This document shows positions 49,923 to 59,240 of a stretch of 64,000 nucleotides of DNA, in pieces; position 1 is the first letter of the stretch, and each line of letters begins with the position of its first letter. The stretch spans positions 1-64,000 of the forward strand of contig JAWBWS010000001.1 of assembly GCA_038999725.1 (NCBI GenBank). Reading direction: 5' to 3'. The position numbers were made by a program, and so were the translations under genes. A model generated the notes under the pieces. That model had not been told where the DNA came from and searched no databases. It worked only from the letters and a program-made list of their open reading frames with translations. This stretch comes from Candidatus Aenigmatarchaeota archaeon. Lineage in GTDB: Archaea; Aenigmatarchaeota; Aenigmatarchaeia; CG10238-14; SCSR01.

Positions 49923-50177
49923 GTGAAAAAAGATAAAAAAGAGGCCATACTTAATGTTTTGAAGGCAAACCCGGATGGTTTGACCATCCAGGAAATTTCC
50001 AAGCTTACTGGAATGAGTAGAATTACTACTACAATTTATGTTCATGAGCTTCTTGGGGAAGGAAAAATCACTGAAAGGAAGATTGGAGCCTACAGGCTCT
50101 TCTATCTGAAAGATAAGTATTTGGAAGTGGTAAAAGAAAAGGAAATTCTAGAAAAAATAAAAGAAAAAATAAAGTAG
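49923..50177 (+). CDS. Small winged-HTH regulator 1 (84 aa, GTG start)
   Basis: ILNVLKANPDGLTIQEISKLTGMSRITTTIYVHELLGEGKI plus wing ERKIGAYRLFY. Confidence 0.82.
   Translation: MKKDKKEAILNVLKANPDGLTIQEISKLTGMSRITTTIYVHELLGEGKITERKIGAYRLFYLKDKYLEVVKEKEILEKIKEKIK
50029..50102 (+). repeat. 74-bp exact repeat shared by the two HTH paralogs (copy 2 at 51335..51408)
   Basis: CTACAATTTATGTTCATGAG...GCCTACAGGCTCTTC is identical in both genes. Confidence 0.92.
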
Positions 50178-50184
50178 TCTGGTT

Positions 50185-51075
50185 CTAGCCAGATGCGTAT
50201 ACTGTGAAGGTTGCTGTACTGAGACTACCATCCGGAATTCCATATGGTACGTAAACTCTTAGTGTTAGTGTGTGAGTTTCACCTGGCACTAAGTTTGGTG
50301 CTTGTATGTATCTAGAGTTTGCACAAGAAGTAAAACCACTTCTTTTATCGTATTTGTAAATGTAAATTTTTGTGCAGTCATAGTAGGCGGCAACACAGCT
50401 TCCGTAGAGCGGAGCAGTAGCTCGATTTACACTGAAGTAACCCCAATTGACATCTCCACTATCAAGTTGTATGTTACTTGTTGTTGGGGTTCTTGTTTCT
50501 ACAGTACCATTGTCAACATCATCTTCTATTGCAAATTGTGCTCCGGTATTGTTGCAATAGCCATTTGTACCGTTACCTAAAGCCCAAAAATATTCAAAAC
50601 TTGTGTTCTTGAAGAAACCCCATGCTACCGGAGAGTTTATATTTGAAAGATCTTTATTTCCCACATCTTCTGTCCAGTTCCACTCTATTCTGCCTGCAAA
50701 GAAGTAAGTAGAATCAGTCTCATTTTTGAAGACTATAACCCCACCAGCTGCATATTTTGTTGGGTCATCTTTTCCGTAAGGCCTTTCAGCTTCGTCCGTT
50801 AATGTGTCTACATAAGCATAGATATTGGTCACATTTACAGAGCCTGTGTTTATTATGTTTAGATATTGTGCTGTTCCAGCACTCCCTGGATTAATATTAG
50901 ACCAAGATAAGCTCTCGGGTATTACCGAGATTTGTGCGACAGCTGCAACACTTACGCTAACAGTAACTGTATCTTCTACCGCTAATGTTAATGGGGGAAA
51001 GAGGAGAAAGCTGATAATCACTAGAAGAATTAGCTTCTCGCAACTTTTGATTTTAACATTACTGTAAACCTTCAT
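50185..51075 (-). CDS. Secreted pilin-like/surface protein B (296 aa)
   Basis: Signal peptide ending TLA; same layout as 48972..49841; both end in TVYASG. Confidence 0.7.
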   Translation of the reverse strand: MKVYSNVKIKSCEKLILLVIISFLLFPPLTLAVEDTVTVSVSVAAVAQISVIPESLSWSNINPGSAGTAQYLNIINTGSVNVTNIYAYVDTLTDEAERPYGKDDPTKYAAGGVIVFKNETDSTYFFAGRIEWNWTEDVGNKDLSNINSPVAWGFFKNTSFEYFWALGNGTNGYCNNTGAQFAIEDDVDNGTVETRTPTTSNIQLDSGDVNWGYFSVNRATAPLYGSCVAAYYDCTKIYIYKYDKRSGFTSCANSRYIQAPNLVPGETHTLTLRVYVPYGIPDGSLSTATFTVYASG

Positions 51076-51234
51076 ATTTAATATTTTTGTTAATACTATT
51101 ATTTAAATCTAATGTTTCAAATGATTTTTCGATTGGTATTTATTTAAAGAAGAAAAATTGATGATAAAAGCTAAAGCAACATTAATTTTAAATGCTAAGT
51201 TAATAAATACCCTTAAACAAAAATATTAAATATG
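51073..51234. promoter_or_regulatory. Divergent promoter flanked by a perfect 19-bp inverted repeat that includes both start codons
   Basis: CATATTTAATATTTTTGTT (51073-51091) is the exact reverse complement of AACAAAAATATTAAATATG (51216-51234); TTTAAA boxes lie inside. Confidence 0.85.
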
Positions 51235-51426
51235 GAAGATTTTAAGCAAAAAATTCTTGAAATTCTTAAAAAAGAACCAAGGGGTTTAACAATTCAAGAT
51301 ATTTCAAGGCTCGCTAAGATGAATAGATTTAAAGCTACAATTTATGTTCATGAGCTTCTTGGGGAAGGAAAAATCACTGAAAGGAAGATTGGAGCCTACA
51401 GGCTCTTCAAACTGAAAAAAGATTAA
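51232..51426 (+). CDS. Small winged-HTH regulator 2 (64 aa)
   Basis: Paralog of 49923..50177; GLTIQDISRLAKMNRFKATIYVHELLGEGKI. Confidence 0.82.
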   Translation: MEDFKQKILEILKKEPRGLTIQDISRLAKMNRFKATIYVHELLGEGKITERKIGAYRLFKLKKD

Positions 51427-51695
51427 ATGTAAATTATGAATCCTTCCTTTTCCAATTCCTCTAGAACTGGAGCCAAACCTACTTTTGCCTCTTCTGTTGA
51501 AATATTGGCCAACTTTGCCACTTCCTCTGCTATTTGATCAAAAGTTTTTTTCCCATCACACATCATTATAAGTTTAACAAGCCATTTTTCTATCTTCCAC
51601 ATTTTACTTCCATCAAAAGTAGCATAGTAAGTACCTAAGTGATCTATAATCTTCAAATTCTTCGCTTTCAACGGTCTTTTTTCTTCCATAAACAC
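51423..51695 (-). CDS. PqqD-family (RRE-like winged helix) protein; start may be ATG 51689
   Basis: N-terminal beta strands, then LIMMCDGKKTFDQIAEEV...VLEELEKEGFI, matching the PqqD pattern DGxxTxxxIxxxL...LxxLxxxGxI. Confidence 0.68.
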   Translation of the reverse strand: MFMEEKRPLKAKNLKIIDHLGTYYATFDGSKMWKIEKWLVKLIMMCDGKKTFDQIAEEVAKLANISTEEAKVGLAPVLEELEKEGFIIYI

Positions 51696-51725
51696 TTATT
51701 TTAATTTTAAATAAATAGTTTAAAT

Positions 51726-52661
51726 ATGCGATTTGGCTTGGTCATGGTGTTTGTAATTTTGTTGTTTTCGATTCCTCAGGCCCTGGCTGTAGAATTTACT
51801 GTTGGTGTTTCTCCTAATATTTTAGATTTGGGTGAAATAGAGGCCGGTTCTACAAAGTTGGTAAAATTTTTCCTAGTTACTCCTTCGTCCGAGCCTTTAT
51901 TGGTTTATCTTGAACCTGAGAATGGTAATCTAGACTTCTTTTCCAGGGATCAATATAACCAGCTTCTCTTTAATTATTCGGAAGAGGAAGTAACAAGTTG
52001 GGTAGAATTTTTATCAAACCCTATAGAGCTTAAACCAGCTAACGAGACTTTAAAAACTAGAGGAGGGGAAATAAGGGGATGGAGAGAAATTAGTTTTCTG
52101 TTGAATGTGCCAAGAGAAGCAGAGCCTGGATACCATTTGCTTAAGATAAAACCTTCCCCCTATGTTCCGTCTGAAACACTCGGCCAAGCTGGGGCAAGAG
52201 TTGTAGCTATAACTTCTGTTACCATTTTGTTCAATTTGCCAGGAGAGATTAGAAGGGAGGGTGTAATCCTTGATGTAACCCCAGGAAAACATCTTGGCGA
52301 CAGGCTTGAAATAAACACATATTTCAAAAATAGCGGTACAGTCACAATTTCCGCAAAAGCCTTTCAAGGCGTTTTTAAAGATGGTGAGTTAATAGAAAAT
52401 CTAACCTCACCGATTCAATTTGTTAAACCTGGTGAAGTTGCAATTTTAAAAACATTTCTACCTTCAAGCAAAATCTCATCTGGAGAGTTCTTGATTGCCA
52501 CGACAGTGAGTTATACTACAGGCTCAGCATCAAAAAATTCAACTTTAGTGATAAAAGCTGCTCCGCCTATAATAGAAAAGCCTGTAGAATTTCCTTTATG
52601 GATAGTGATAATTATTTTAATAGTGTTGATAGCAGTCTTGATATACAAGTGGTATAAATGA
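51726..52661 (+). CDS. Secreted two-Ig-domain protein with C-terminal TM (311 aa); DUF916/pilus-chaperone-like
   Basis: Signal peptide ending ALA; VGVSP start, SWVEF, NVPREAEPGYH, second domain FKNSGTV; C-terminal TM. Confidence 0.6.
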   Translation: MRFGLVMVFVILLFSIPQALAVEFTVGVSPNILDLGEIEAGSTKLVKFFLVTPSSEPLLVYLEPENGNLDFFSRDQYNQLLFNYSEEEVTSWVEFLSNPIELKPANETLKTRGGEIRGWREISFLLNVPREAEPGYHLLKIKPSPYVPSETLGQAGARVVAITSVTILFNLPGEIRREGVILDVTPGKHLGDRLEINTYFKNSGTVTISAKAFQGVFKDGELIENLTSPIQFVKPGEVAILKTFLPSSKISSGEFLIATTVSYTTGSASKNSTLVIKAAPPIIEKPVEFPLWIVIIILIVLIAVLIYKWYK

Positions 52662-53173
52662 GGAAGAAGATTTGGTTACCGTTATTTATTTCAATTTTTT
52701 TAATTTTATTCACCTTGTTAACCAATCTTCCCTATCAGCCAAAAGGTTTAGTTGAAAACAGAACTTTTGAGAAATATTATGATCTCTTCTTCACATACGA
52801 AATAACAAGATATCCAACTTCAGCACAAGTTCTTCCTGCTCAACCAAATCATGAAAAGCTAACTTTAGGTGTTGTGGTTGATCCTTGGAACTTAAATTTT
52901 GGGATTGTTCCTGCTGGCAAAAATTTTGTTACTAGATTTGTTGATTTAACAAATCTGAAAGAAAAAGATGCTAAAATCATGGTTAGAGTTTATGGCAATA
53001 TTTCACCTTTCGTCAATTTCACAAAAAACAATTTTATCCTCAAGCCAAATGAAAATGCCATGATAGAGGTTAAATTTTATGCTGAGAAAGCAGAAATTGG
53101 TAATTATTCTGGTGAAATAGATGTTGTTGTGCAGAGGCCAAGATATGATTTCTTGTATTACTTCTGGAAGTAG
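52658..53173 (+). CDS. N-terminally anchored single Ig-like domain protein (171 aa)
   Basis: N-terminal hydrophobic helix; LNFGIVPAG...GNYSGEIDV; ATGA overlap with the upstream gene. Confidence 0.68.
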   Translation: MRKKIWLPLFISIFLILFTLLTNLPYQPKGLVENRTFEKYYDLFFTYEITRYPTSAQVLPAQPNHEKLTLGVVVDPWNLNFGIVPAGKNFVTRFVDLTNLKEKDAKIMVRVYGNISPFVNFTKNNFILKPNENAMIEVKFYAEKAEIGNYSGEIDVVVQRPRYDFLYYFWK

Positions 53174-53918
53174 GGGAATTGTAATCTTTCTGCTTTTTTC
53201 CCTCTTATTTTTCTTTTCTCTATCGAGGGCAGCTATAATTGAAGTTGACGTCTCCAGAAATCTTGAAGGAAAAATAAGCTCTTTTTCCTGTGATTCATCT
53301 AAGGATTTGATTGCATTCTATCTTGAATTTTACAACACTGGCAGCATAGCTTATAGAGCAAGGGTGAGAGTTGATATCATTAACAATTCTAAAATCGCTT
53401 TCACTGCATGGAGTGGAGAAAAAATTTTGATGCCAGGAGATAGAAAAAATTTTGAAGTTTATTTGTATGACAATTCCACAGGCAATATTACAGTGAGAGC
53501 AAGGATATACTTTGGAAATGAAATTGAGGAAAGAATTTTATCTGTAAAAAAAGAAAGCTATTTTTTGTCGCAAGATATTTTTGAAATAAAAAATTTCAGA
53601 ACTTATGATAATTTTGTTGTTTTCGATATCAAAGCTAGAAGAAATGTAAAGGATGTTGTGGTTATACCTCATGGCTTCCCTCAAAGCTGGATATTTGAAC
53701 AGAAGAAAATTAAGTTCTTGAAGGAAAATGAAGAAAAAACCGTGGCTCTTAACTATAATCCAGCTGTTTGGAGCGAGGAGAAATTAACTTTAATCGTAGC
53801 TTCGGATGGGGGAAAGTATAAAACTGAAAAAACTTTTGAAATGAGAAAAGAAGTTGGAATTATCTGGCTCATTCACTACCTCATTGATAAACTCAAGCTA
53901 TTTTTCAACTCGGCTTGA
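53121..53918 (+). CDS. Secreted/membrane two-Ig-domain protein (<=265 aa; start may be ATG 53145)
   Basis: Hydrophobic signal ending SRA; FYNTGS and LMPGDRK Ig-type motifs; amphipathic/hydrophobic C-terminus. Confidence 0.65.
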   Translation: MLLCRGQDMISCITSGSRGIVIFLLFSLLFFFSLSRAAIIEVDVSRNLEGKISSFSCDSSKDLIAFYLEFYNTGSIAYRARVRVDIINNSKIAFTAWSGEKILMPGDRKNFEVYLYDNSTGNITVRARIYFGNEIEERILSVKKESYFLSQDIFEIKNFRTYDNFVVFDIKARRNVKDVVVIPHGFPQSWIFEQKKIKFLKENEEKTVALNYNPAVWSEEKLTLIVASDGGKYKTEKTFEMRKEVGIIWLIHYLIDKLKLFFNSA

Positions 53919-53940
53919 TTAAAGTTCTTAAGATTTTTTC

Positions 53941-54008
53941 ATATTGTAACAATATAGTAACCATAATAAAGTAATATTTAAATATCAATAAAACAATATT
54001 GTAACTAT
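53941..54008 (+). promoter_or_regulatory. Promoter with TATA box and repeated/palindromic operator-like sites
   Basis: TTTAAATA 53977-53984 is ~25 nt before ATG 54009; ATATWGTAAC at 53941, 53952 and 53996; palindromes ATATTGTAACAATAT (53941-53955) and ACAATATTGT (53993-54002). Confidence 0.7.
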
Positions 54009-54224
54009 ATGGAAAAAGGGCTTGTAGACAAAAGTATAGAAGAAAAAATCATCCAAATTCTGAGCAAAAGGATTGTGTCAACTTCTGAGCTTGCGAAAGA
54101 GCTTGGGATTAAGAGATATGTTCTTGTTGGTTACTTGGAAGCTATGAAGAATCAGGGTAAGCTTGAATTCCACAAGGTTGGTAAGGCTAATGTTTATACT
54201 GTTGCCAAAGGTGAGAAAAAATGA
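54009..54224 (+). CDS. Small winged-HTH regulator 3 (71 aa), first gene of a probable operon
   Basis: IIQILSKRIVSTSELAKELGIKRYVLVGYLEAMKNQGKL plus wing HKVGKANVY. Confidence 0.8.
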   Translation: MEKGLVDKSIEEKIIQILSKRIVSTSELAKELGIKRYVLVGYLEAMKNQGKLEFHKVGKANVYTVAKGEKK

Positions 54225-56572
54225 AGAAATTAACTTTAGTCACATTTTTGCTCGGGATTTTGGTTTTTTCCAGTTCGGCTTTAGCTTCTCCTACAATTAA
54301 TGAAATAAAGTTCAGACCATCATCGGAAATTTGGATAGAGGAAGCACTTGGAATTGAAGTGAATTGCACAAATGGTTTGAAAGTTAATGCAACCCTAATT
54401 GGAGAAAGTGGTAGCACAATTTACATAGAAAATTTCACATACAATCCAACAAATAGTTTATTTACCACGAAAATAGATCCGACTTATTGGGGAGGCCAGC
54501 CCAATGTTTTCAGGACAATTATCAGTTGCTTGGACGAATTTAACAACATCGCCCAAAATGAAACCAGATTTAGTGTTTCAAGCTTGAATGTAAAGATTAG
54601 TGGGATTCATCCAAGTACAATATATCTTGGTGATGTAGTAGAAGTTGATATTTTAGTTGAAAGGAACGATGAACCAATTAACTCTACTGATGTTAAGTTT
54701 AAAATAATTGTTGATAACAATGAAATTGAACAACCAGAAGTAAGGTTATATGACCCGTCTGTTGGTTGGAAAATCTTCTTCAATTCTTCAAAAATTCAAA
54801 ACCCAATTGGAACGCACAATTTACAAATAACTGTGTTTTATGGTAGAGTTAATCTCACAAAAACCGCAAGCTTTACAATTAATGAAACAATACAGTTTTC
54901 AATTGTAAATGTGGACAAAACTTGGGTGAAGCCAAATGAAACAATTAATCTAAAAATTCAAGCTTTTGAAAAGGGAAATATAATACAATTAACCTCAGAA
55001 AATCTTGTAATTAAAATTGGTAATACTCAAGCAACAATTGTTGCTATATCTCCTCTTGCTAATTTCTTCAGTGTCACTATCCTTGCACCAAGCTTATCTC
55101 CTGATAGGTATTCTTTAACTGCCTTTCTTTCACATAAGAATTATACTTACACCAGTAGTTCAACTATTTACTACATTGTTCAAATAACTGGAAAATTTGT
55201 GGATGAAAATGATAAAGGAATTCCAACAAGAATTAGCTTTTTCTCTGATGGAGTAGAAAAACTTAGGATTTATACAGATGCATCAGGATCGTATTCAGGA
55301 AACTTATCGCCAGGAACTTATGATATCGAGTTTGTTTTTCCACATTCCACTTTGCGCTTATATGAAGCCGAAATAAGCAACTTTGAAGACCCTGTGAAAT
55401 ATTATTATTTTGACTCAATTGAGTTAGAAGGCTTAAACGTTGCTAGTTTGTTTGTTTATGAAACCGATTTGAACTATTACAAAGCTTCGATTGAAATGAA
55501 ATATGATGAAAGAAATGTGTTGGATGAAAATTTGTTAAAAGTTTATAAATGTGAAAATTGGAACTCTGGCAGAAAGGAATGCTACGGTAAATGGAATGAA
55601 ATTCCTGCAAGCGTTGACAAGATGAGAAACACAGTCTATGTGAACACAACAAGCTTGTCTGCCTATGCTATTGGAACTTTGGGAAAACTTTCAATTGATT
55701 TCAATTTGAATAAACAAATCTTTTATCTTAAAGATTTGGTTAAGGTTAGGGGGATGGTTGTAGATGAGTATAGAAATCCTGTGAAAAATGCTAGCGTAAA
55801 CATTCAAGTAAAAAACACTTCTATCAAACAAAAGGTTTTTTCAGATAGCAATGGTTTATTCACAATAGAATTCTTATCACCAGACCAAGAAGGAAATTAT
55901 TCATTAATTTTAGTTGCAGAAAAGCATCCTTACATAAGTTTCAATTCCACCTTAACTTTGGGTGTGGTGAAAAGAAAAGAAATCTCAATCGTTTTTCCAG
56001 ATACTATAAGAGTAAATCAAGGGGAGAATTTCACTCAAGAGTTTAGTGTGATAAACATAGGTCAAGCTGAACTTTACAATTTAAGTATTTCTTTGGAAGA
56101 AATACCAAGCAATTACTACAAATTGCAAGAAAAAATAGAAAAGCTTGAAGTTGGTGAAGAGAAAAAGTTGCAAATAGAATTTTTCATTCCAGTTAATGCT
56201 TCTGCTGGGACTTCAAGCGGGAAGATAAAGGTTTTCAATGAAGAGGTTTCTAAAGAAAAATTGTTTGGCTTCACAATAATTGAGAGAAATGAGACTCGGG
56301 AAGCAAAAACGATGCCAGTTGGTTTCTTTGGAAGAATAAGTTTACCACAAATATCCCAAAACTACGCTTATCTTCTGCTTTTTGCTGCAATTTCTTTTTC
56401 TTTAGCCTTCTCGCTCAAAAAAAGGAAAATCAAATCTCAAAGCAGGGAAGAAATCAAAAATTCTCTTCTTGATATCAAAGAATTTTTGGAGGAGAGGAAA
56501 AATAGAGCTCAGTCGATGGAAACCCAACCTTCAGAAGAAATTTTGGAAGCAAATGAAAAAGGGGTTGGTTAA
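54221..56572 (+). CDS. Membrane-anchored multi-Ig surface protein (783 aa)
   Basis: Signal peptide ending ALA, many sequons, PGF-pre-PGF-like region (LKVYKCENW...TTSLSAYAIG), TM YAYLLLFAAISFSLAFSL then KKRK. Confidence 0.8.
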   Translation: MKKLTLVTFLLGILVFSSSALASPTINEIKFRPSSEIWIEEALGIEVNCTNGLKVNATLIGESGSTIYIENFTYNPTNSLFTTKIDPTYWGGQPNVFRTIISCLDEFNNIAQNETRFSVSSLNVKISGIHPSTIYLGDVVEVDILVERNDEPINSTDVKFKIIVDNNEIEQPEVRLYDPSVGWKIFFNSSKIQNPIGTHNLQITVFYGRVNLTKTASFTINETIQFSIVNVDKTWVKPNETINLKIQAFEKGNIIQLTSENLVIKIGNTQATIVAISPLANFFSVTILAPSLSPDRYSLTAFLSHKNYTYTSSSTIYYIVQITGKFVDENDKGIPTRISFFSDGVEKLRIYTDASGSYSGNLSPGTYDIEFVFPHSTLRLYEAEISNFEDPVKYYYFDSIELEGLNVASLFVYETDLNYYKASIEMKYDERNVLDENLLKVYKCENWNSGRKECYGKWNEIPASVDKMRNTVYVNTTSLSAYAIGTLGKLSIDFNLNKQIFYLKDLVKVRGMVVDEYRNPVKNASVNIQVKNTSIKQKVFSDSNGLFTIEFLSPDQEGNYSLILVAEKHPYISFNSTLTLGVVKRKEISIVFPDTIRVNQGENFTQEFSVINIGQAELYNLSISLEEIPSNYYKLQEKIEKLEVGEEKKLQIEFFIPVNASAGTSSGKIKVFNEEVSKEKLFGFTIIERNETREAKTMPVGFFGRISLPQISQNYAYLLLFAAISFSLAFSLKKRKIKSQSREEIKNSLLDIKEFLEERKNRAQSMETQPSEEILEANEKGVG

Positions 56573-57352
56573 ATGGTGAGAATAATTGATGTTTGCTCTG
56601 GAAAGGGTGGTGTGGGTAAAACAACAATAGTAGCTAATTTAGGTTTAGCTTTAGTTGAGCTTGGAAAAAAAGTTGCTATTGTTGATTGTAACTTAACAAC
56701 TCCACATTTAAGCTTGTTTTTTGGAACTTATTCCTATCCCCTGACCCTAAACGATTTTTTGAGGGGAGAAGCAAAATTTGAAGATATAGTTTATACTCAT
56801 CTTTTTGGTTTAAAAATAGTACCAGCCTCCCTTGAGTTAAAAGATTTGATTGATATTGATGTTGGCAATTTAAGAGAAAAGTTAAGAGAAAACTTCAAAG
56901 ATTTTGATATTGTTTTACTCGATTCTGCCCCAGGTCTGGGAAGAGAGGCCTTAATAGCATTGCAAGCAGCTGATGAAGTTTTATTTGTAGCAAATCCATT
57001 AATTACTTCTTTAATTGATGTAGTTAAATGCAATCAATTAATTAATTCTTTGCACCCTAAACCAGTAGCTATAGGAGTTGTTTTAAACAGGGTGAAGAAA
57101 AAGACTTATGAGATATTGGTTGATGAAGCTAGACAGTTTACAGAATTGCCTGTTATCGGGACGATTCCTGAAGATGAAAAAGTTCTAGAAAGCACTAACA
57201 AAAGAACTCCTGTTTTGATTTCACACAAAAATTCTCCTGCAAGTAAATCAATTTTTGAAATTGCCGCAAAGCTGGCTGGGATAGAACACAAGAAGCCCAA
57301 GCTTCTAGAAAGGTTTTTTGAAATTTTCAAAAGGTGGAAAAATGAGAGTTGA
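56573..57352 (+). CDS. minD: MinD/ParA-family ATPase 2 (259 aa)
   Basis: SGKGGVGKTT, LDSAPGLG, VLNRV, IPED, amphipathic tail LLERFFEIFKRW. Confidence 0.9.
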   Translation: MVRIIDVCSGKGGVGKTTIVANLGLALVELGKKVAIVDCNLTTPHLSLFFGTYSYPLTLNDFLRGEAKFEDIVYTHLFGLKIVPASLELKDLIDIDVGNLREKLRENFKDFDIVLLDSAPGLGREALIALQAADEVLFVANPLITSLIDVVKCNQLINSLHPKPVAIGVVLNRVKKKTYEILVDEARQFTELPVIGTIPEDEKVLESTNKRTPVLISHKNSPASKSIFEIAAKLAGIEHKKPKLLERFFEIFKRWKNES

Positions 57353-59240
57353 AGTAAAATTTTTTTTGTTGGCTTTAATTTTCTTCTTTCTTGTCTTTAA
57401 ATCGGTATCTTTTTCAGAAGGAATAGACCCAACATCACAATTCAATCAAACTTCTTCTACAAACATCACAGGAAATGCTTCTACTATAGACCAAGCAACA
57501 ATAGACTCTTACTTGAATTTCAATGGGGATGGTTTAACTTGGGATGTTACAGAAGCACAAGTTGGAACCAATTATACTTACCCTGTCGCAAATCAAAATT
57601 TCACTTCTGGGGCTTATGGTTGGACTTATGGTGAAGAAAACGATGTTAACAATATGGCAACTGGTGCATGGGATCCAGATTCAGGGAGGATAGACCCAGG
57701 GAGTTATAACTTTAGTATTGTAGATACTTCAGCTACACTTATTGCACAGGTAAATCAATATATAAACTACTCTTTTACAGTTGATAATACAGCTGACCTA
57801 GTTTCAGCAACAGCTTATGCAAGCTTTCGTCTAACTTGCACGGATGACCAACTAGTTTATGCAAAACTCAATTTAATTTTGCCGAATGGTGAAGTTTCAA
57901 ACCTTTGGACTTCTCAAACCTGGCAAACTACCAATCCTTTAGACACAGGTTGGTTAAATGTAAGTGTTAATGTGCTTTCAAACTTTACTTCAAAAGGAAT
58001 AGGTACTTATCAATTGAGTTTAATGATTCATACAGAAACAGATGATGCGGGTAAAAACGCTCAAAAAACTACATGCTATCATTACCTGGATGATGCAGGA
58101 GTTGAATTAAGTTATCCTGAATATCAAATTTCAATAGAACACAATGCAACAATAAGCTATTCCGGATCTTTAAACAGTATAAATGTTTCAGTAAACTTTA
58201 CCTCCACGGTTGACGATGTATATCAGTTATACATCTATAATTTTACGGATTCGACCTGGGATTCAAATCCATGTGAATCCCAGGTTGCTATTGCAAATAC
58301 TTACTATACAAAATGGTGCAATGTCACAATAAACCCGCAAAACTACATTTCTGAAAATAAGGTGGTAAGGGTAAGACTCAATTCTACTGTTGATAGTGAT
58401 AAAGGAACTTTAAAGGAAGAATATGTCCAATTTTATGTTGGTTATTCGGTAGGTTATTTGGAAGTTAGGCTAGTTCTGCCCAGTACAGAAACCATAAATA
58501 ATGTGATTCAAAACTCTTCTTTTCTCGTTAACGCGACTGTTTTTTGTAGAAATGCTCCTTGTGGTAATATTTATGGTACTTTGTTGTATAACCTATCTTC
58601 TTCCTATCCAGACACGCCAATAAATACAAGCTATGGAGATAAACCTTTTTTCGTCAATGAATCTCCAGCTTATGCAATAAAGCCTTGTCCAAACAATCCC
58701 TTGAATGCAAACGACTTTTGTAATTTAACTTGGGTTGTAAACGCTTCTGGTGAAATAAGTACTGATTGGAAAATTGGAGTCTATTTCAATTCTTCTTACA
58801 CAGAAGTTCAACCAAATTCTACAAGCAATGCAACCCTCTCAATAGTTTCTTGTACAGTTGATTTCAGCTTAAGTTGGTCTTCCATAGATTTTGGTGAACT
58901 TTTGCCCAATACTCACAACAATTCAGCTCCTGGGAATGCAAATAATGTTTACAACATAACAGTAAATCCAGGCAGCTGCAACTTAGACCTTTACATAAGA
59001 GGCACAGATTTGATTAACTCAACTTTTGGCTCAGTGATAAAAGTTGGGAACATAAGTTGGAGTAACATAAGCAGTAATTTACAAGACGGTTATTTCCAGT
59101 TAACAGAAACAAATTCTGTGATCAAACTTAATGTCCCAGAAAAAACCAACATTACAACTTGGTATTGGCTGAGTGTTCCTCCTGTGTATGCAGGCTTCTA
59201 TACAGGAACAATCTACATCATGGGGGTAAAACATGAATAA
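57342..59240 (+). CDS. Secreted protein (632 aa) with C-terminal pilin-like domain; candidate tip adhesin
   Basis: ATG 57342 with AGGTGG upstream is preferred to the TTG at 57318. Signal peptide, no C-terminal TM. Last domain IDFGELLPN...YWLSVPPVYAGFYTGTIYI. Confidence 0.65.
   Translation: MRVEVKFFLLALIFFFLVFKSVSFSEGIDPTSQFNQTSSTNITGNASTIDQATIDSYLNFNGDGLTWDVTEAQVGTNYTYPVANQNFTSGAYGWTYGEENDVNNMATGAWDPDSGRIDPGSYNFSIVDTSATLIAQVNQYINYSFTVDNTADLVSATAYASFRLTCTDDQLVYAKLNLILPNGEVSNLWTSQTWQTTNPLDTGWLNVSVNVLSNFTSKGIGTYQLSLMIHTETDDAGKNAQKTTCYHYLDDAGVELSYPEYQISIEHNATISYSGSLNSINVSVNFTSTVDDVYQLYIYNFTDSTWDSNPCESQVAIANTYYTKWCNVTINPQNYISENKVVRVRLNSTVDSDKGTLKEEYVQFYVGYSVGYLEVRLVLPSTETINNVIQNSSFLVNATVFCRNAPCGNIYGTLLYNLSSSYPDTPINTSYGDKPFFVNESPAYAIKPCPNNPLNANDFCNLTWVVNASGEISTDWKIGVYFNSSYTEVQPNSTSNATLSIVSCTVDFSLSWSSIDFGELLPNTHNNSAPGNANNVYNITVNPGSCNLDLYIRGTDLINSTFGSVIKVGNISWSNISSNLQDGYFQLTETNSVIKLNVPEKTNITTWYWLSVPPVYAGFYTGTIYIMGVKHE

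Noticed and set aside
1864..50307. Both long identical tracts begin with CTTGTAT on the + strand (1864/8698 and 49088/50301)
   Set aside because: Only a 7-mer in two cases, the genes are on opposite strands, and the other tracts lack it; treated as coincidence.
49088..50704. Diversity-generating retroelement TR/VR pair
   Set aside because: Repeats are either identical or differ without adenine-specific bias, both copies are coding, and no reverse transcriptase is in the window.
57318..57341. TTG start at 57318 for the 640-aa ORF
   Set aside because: ATG 57342 has an SD-like AGGTGG upstream and directly begins a normal signal peptide.
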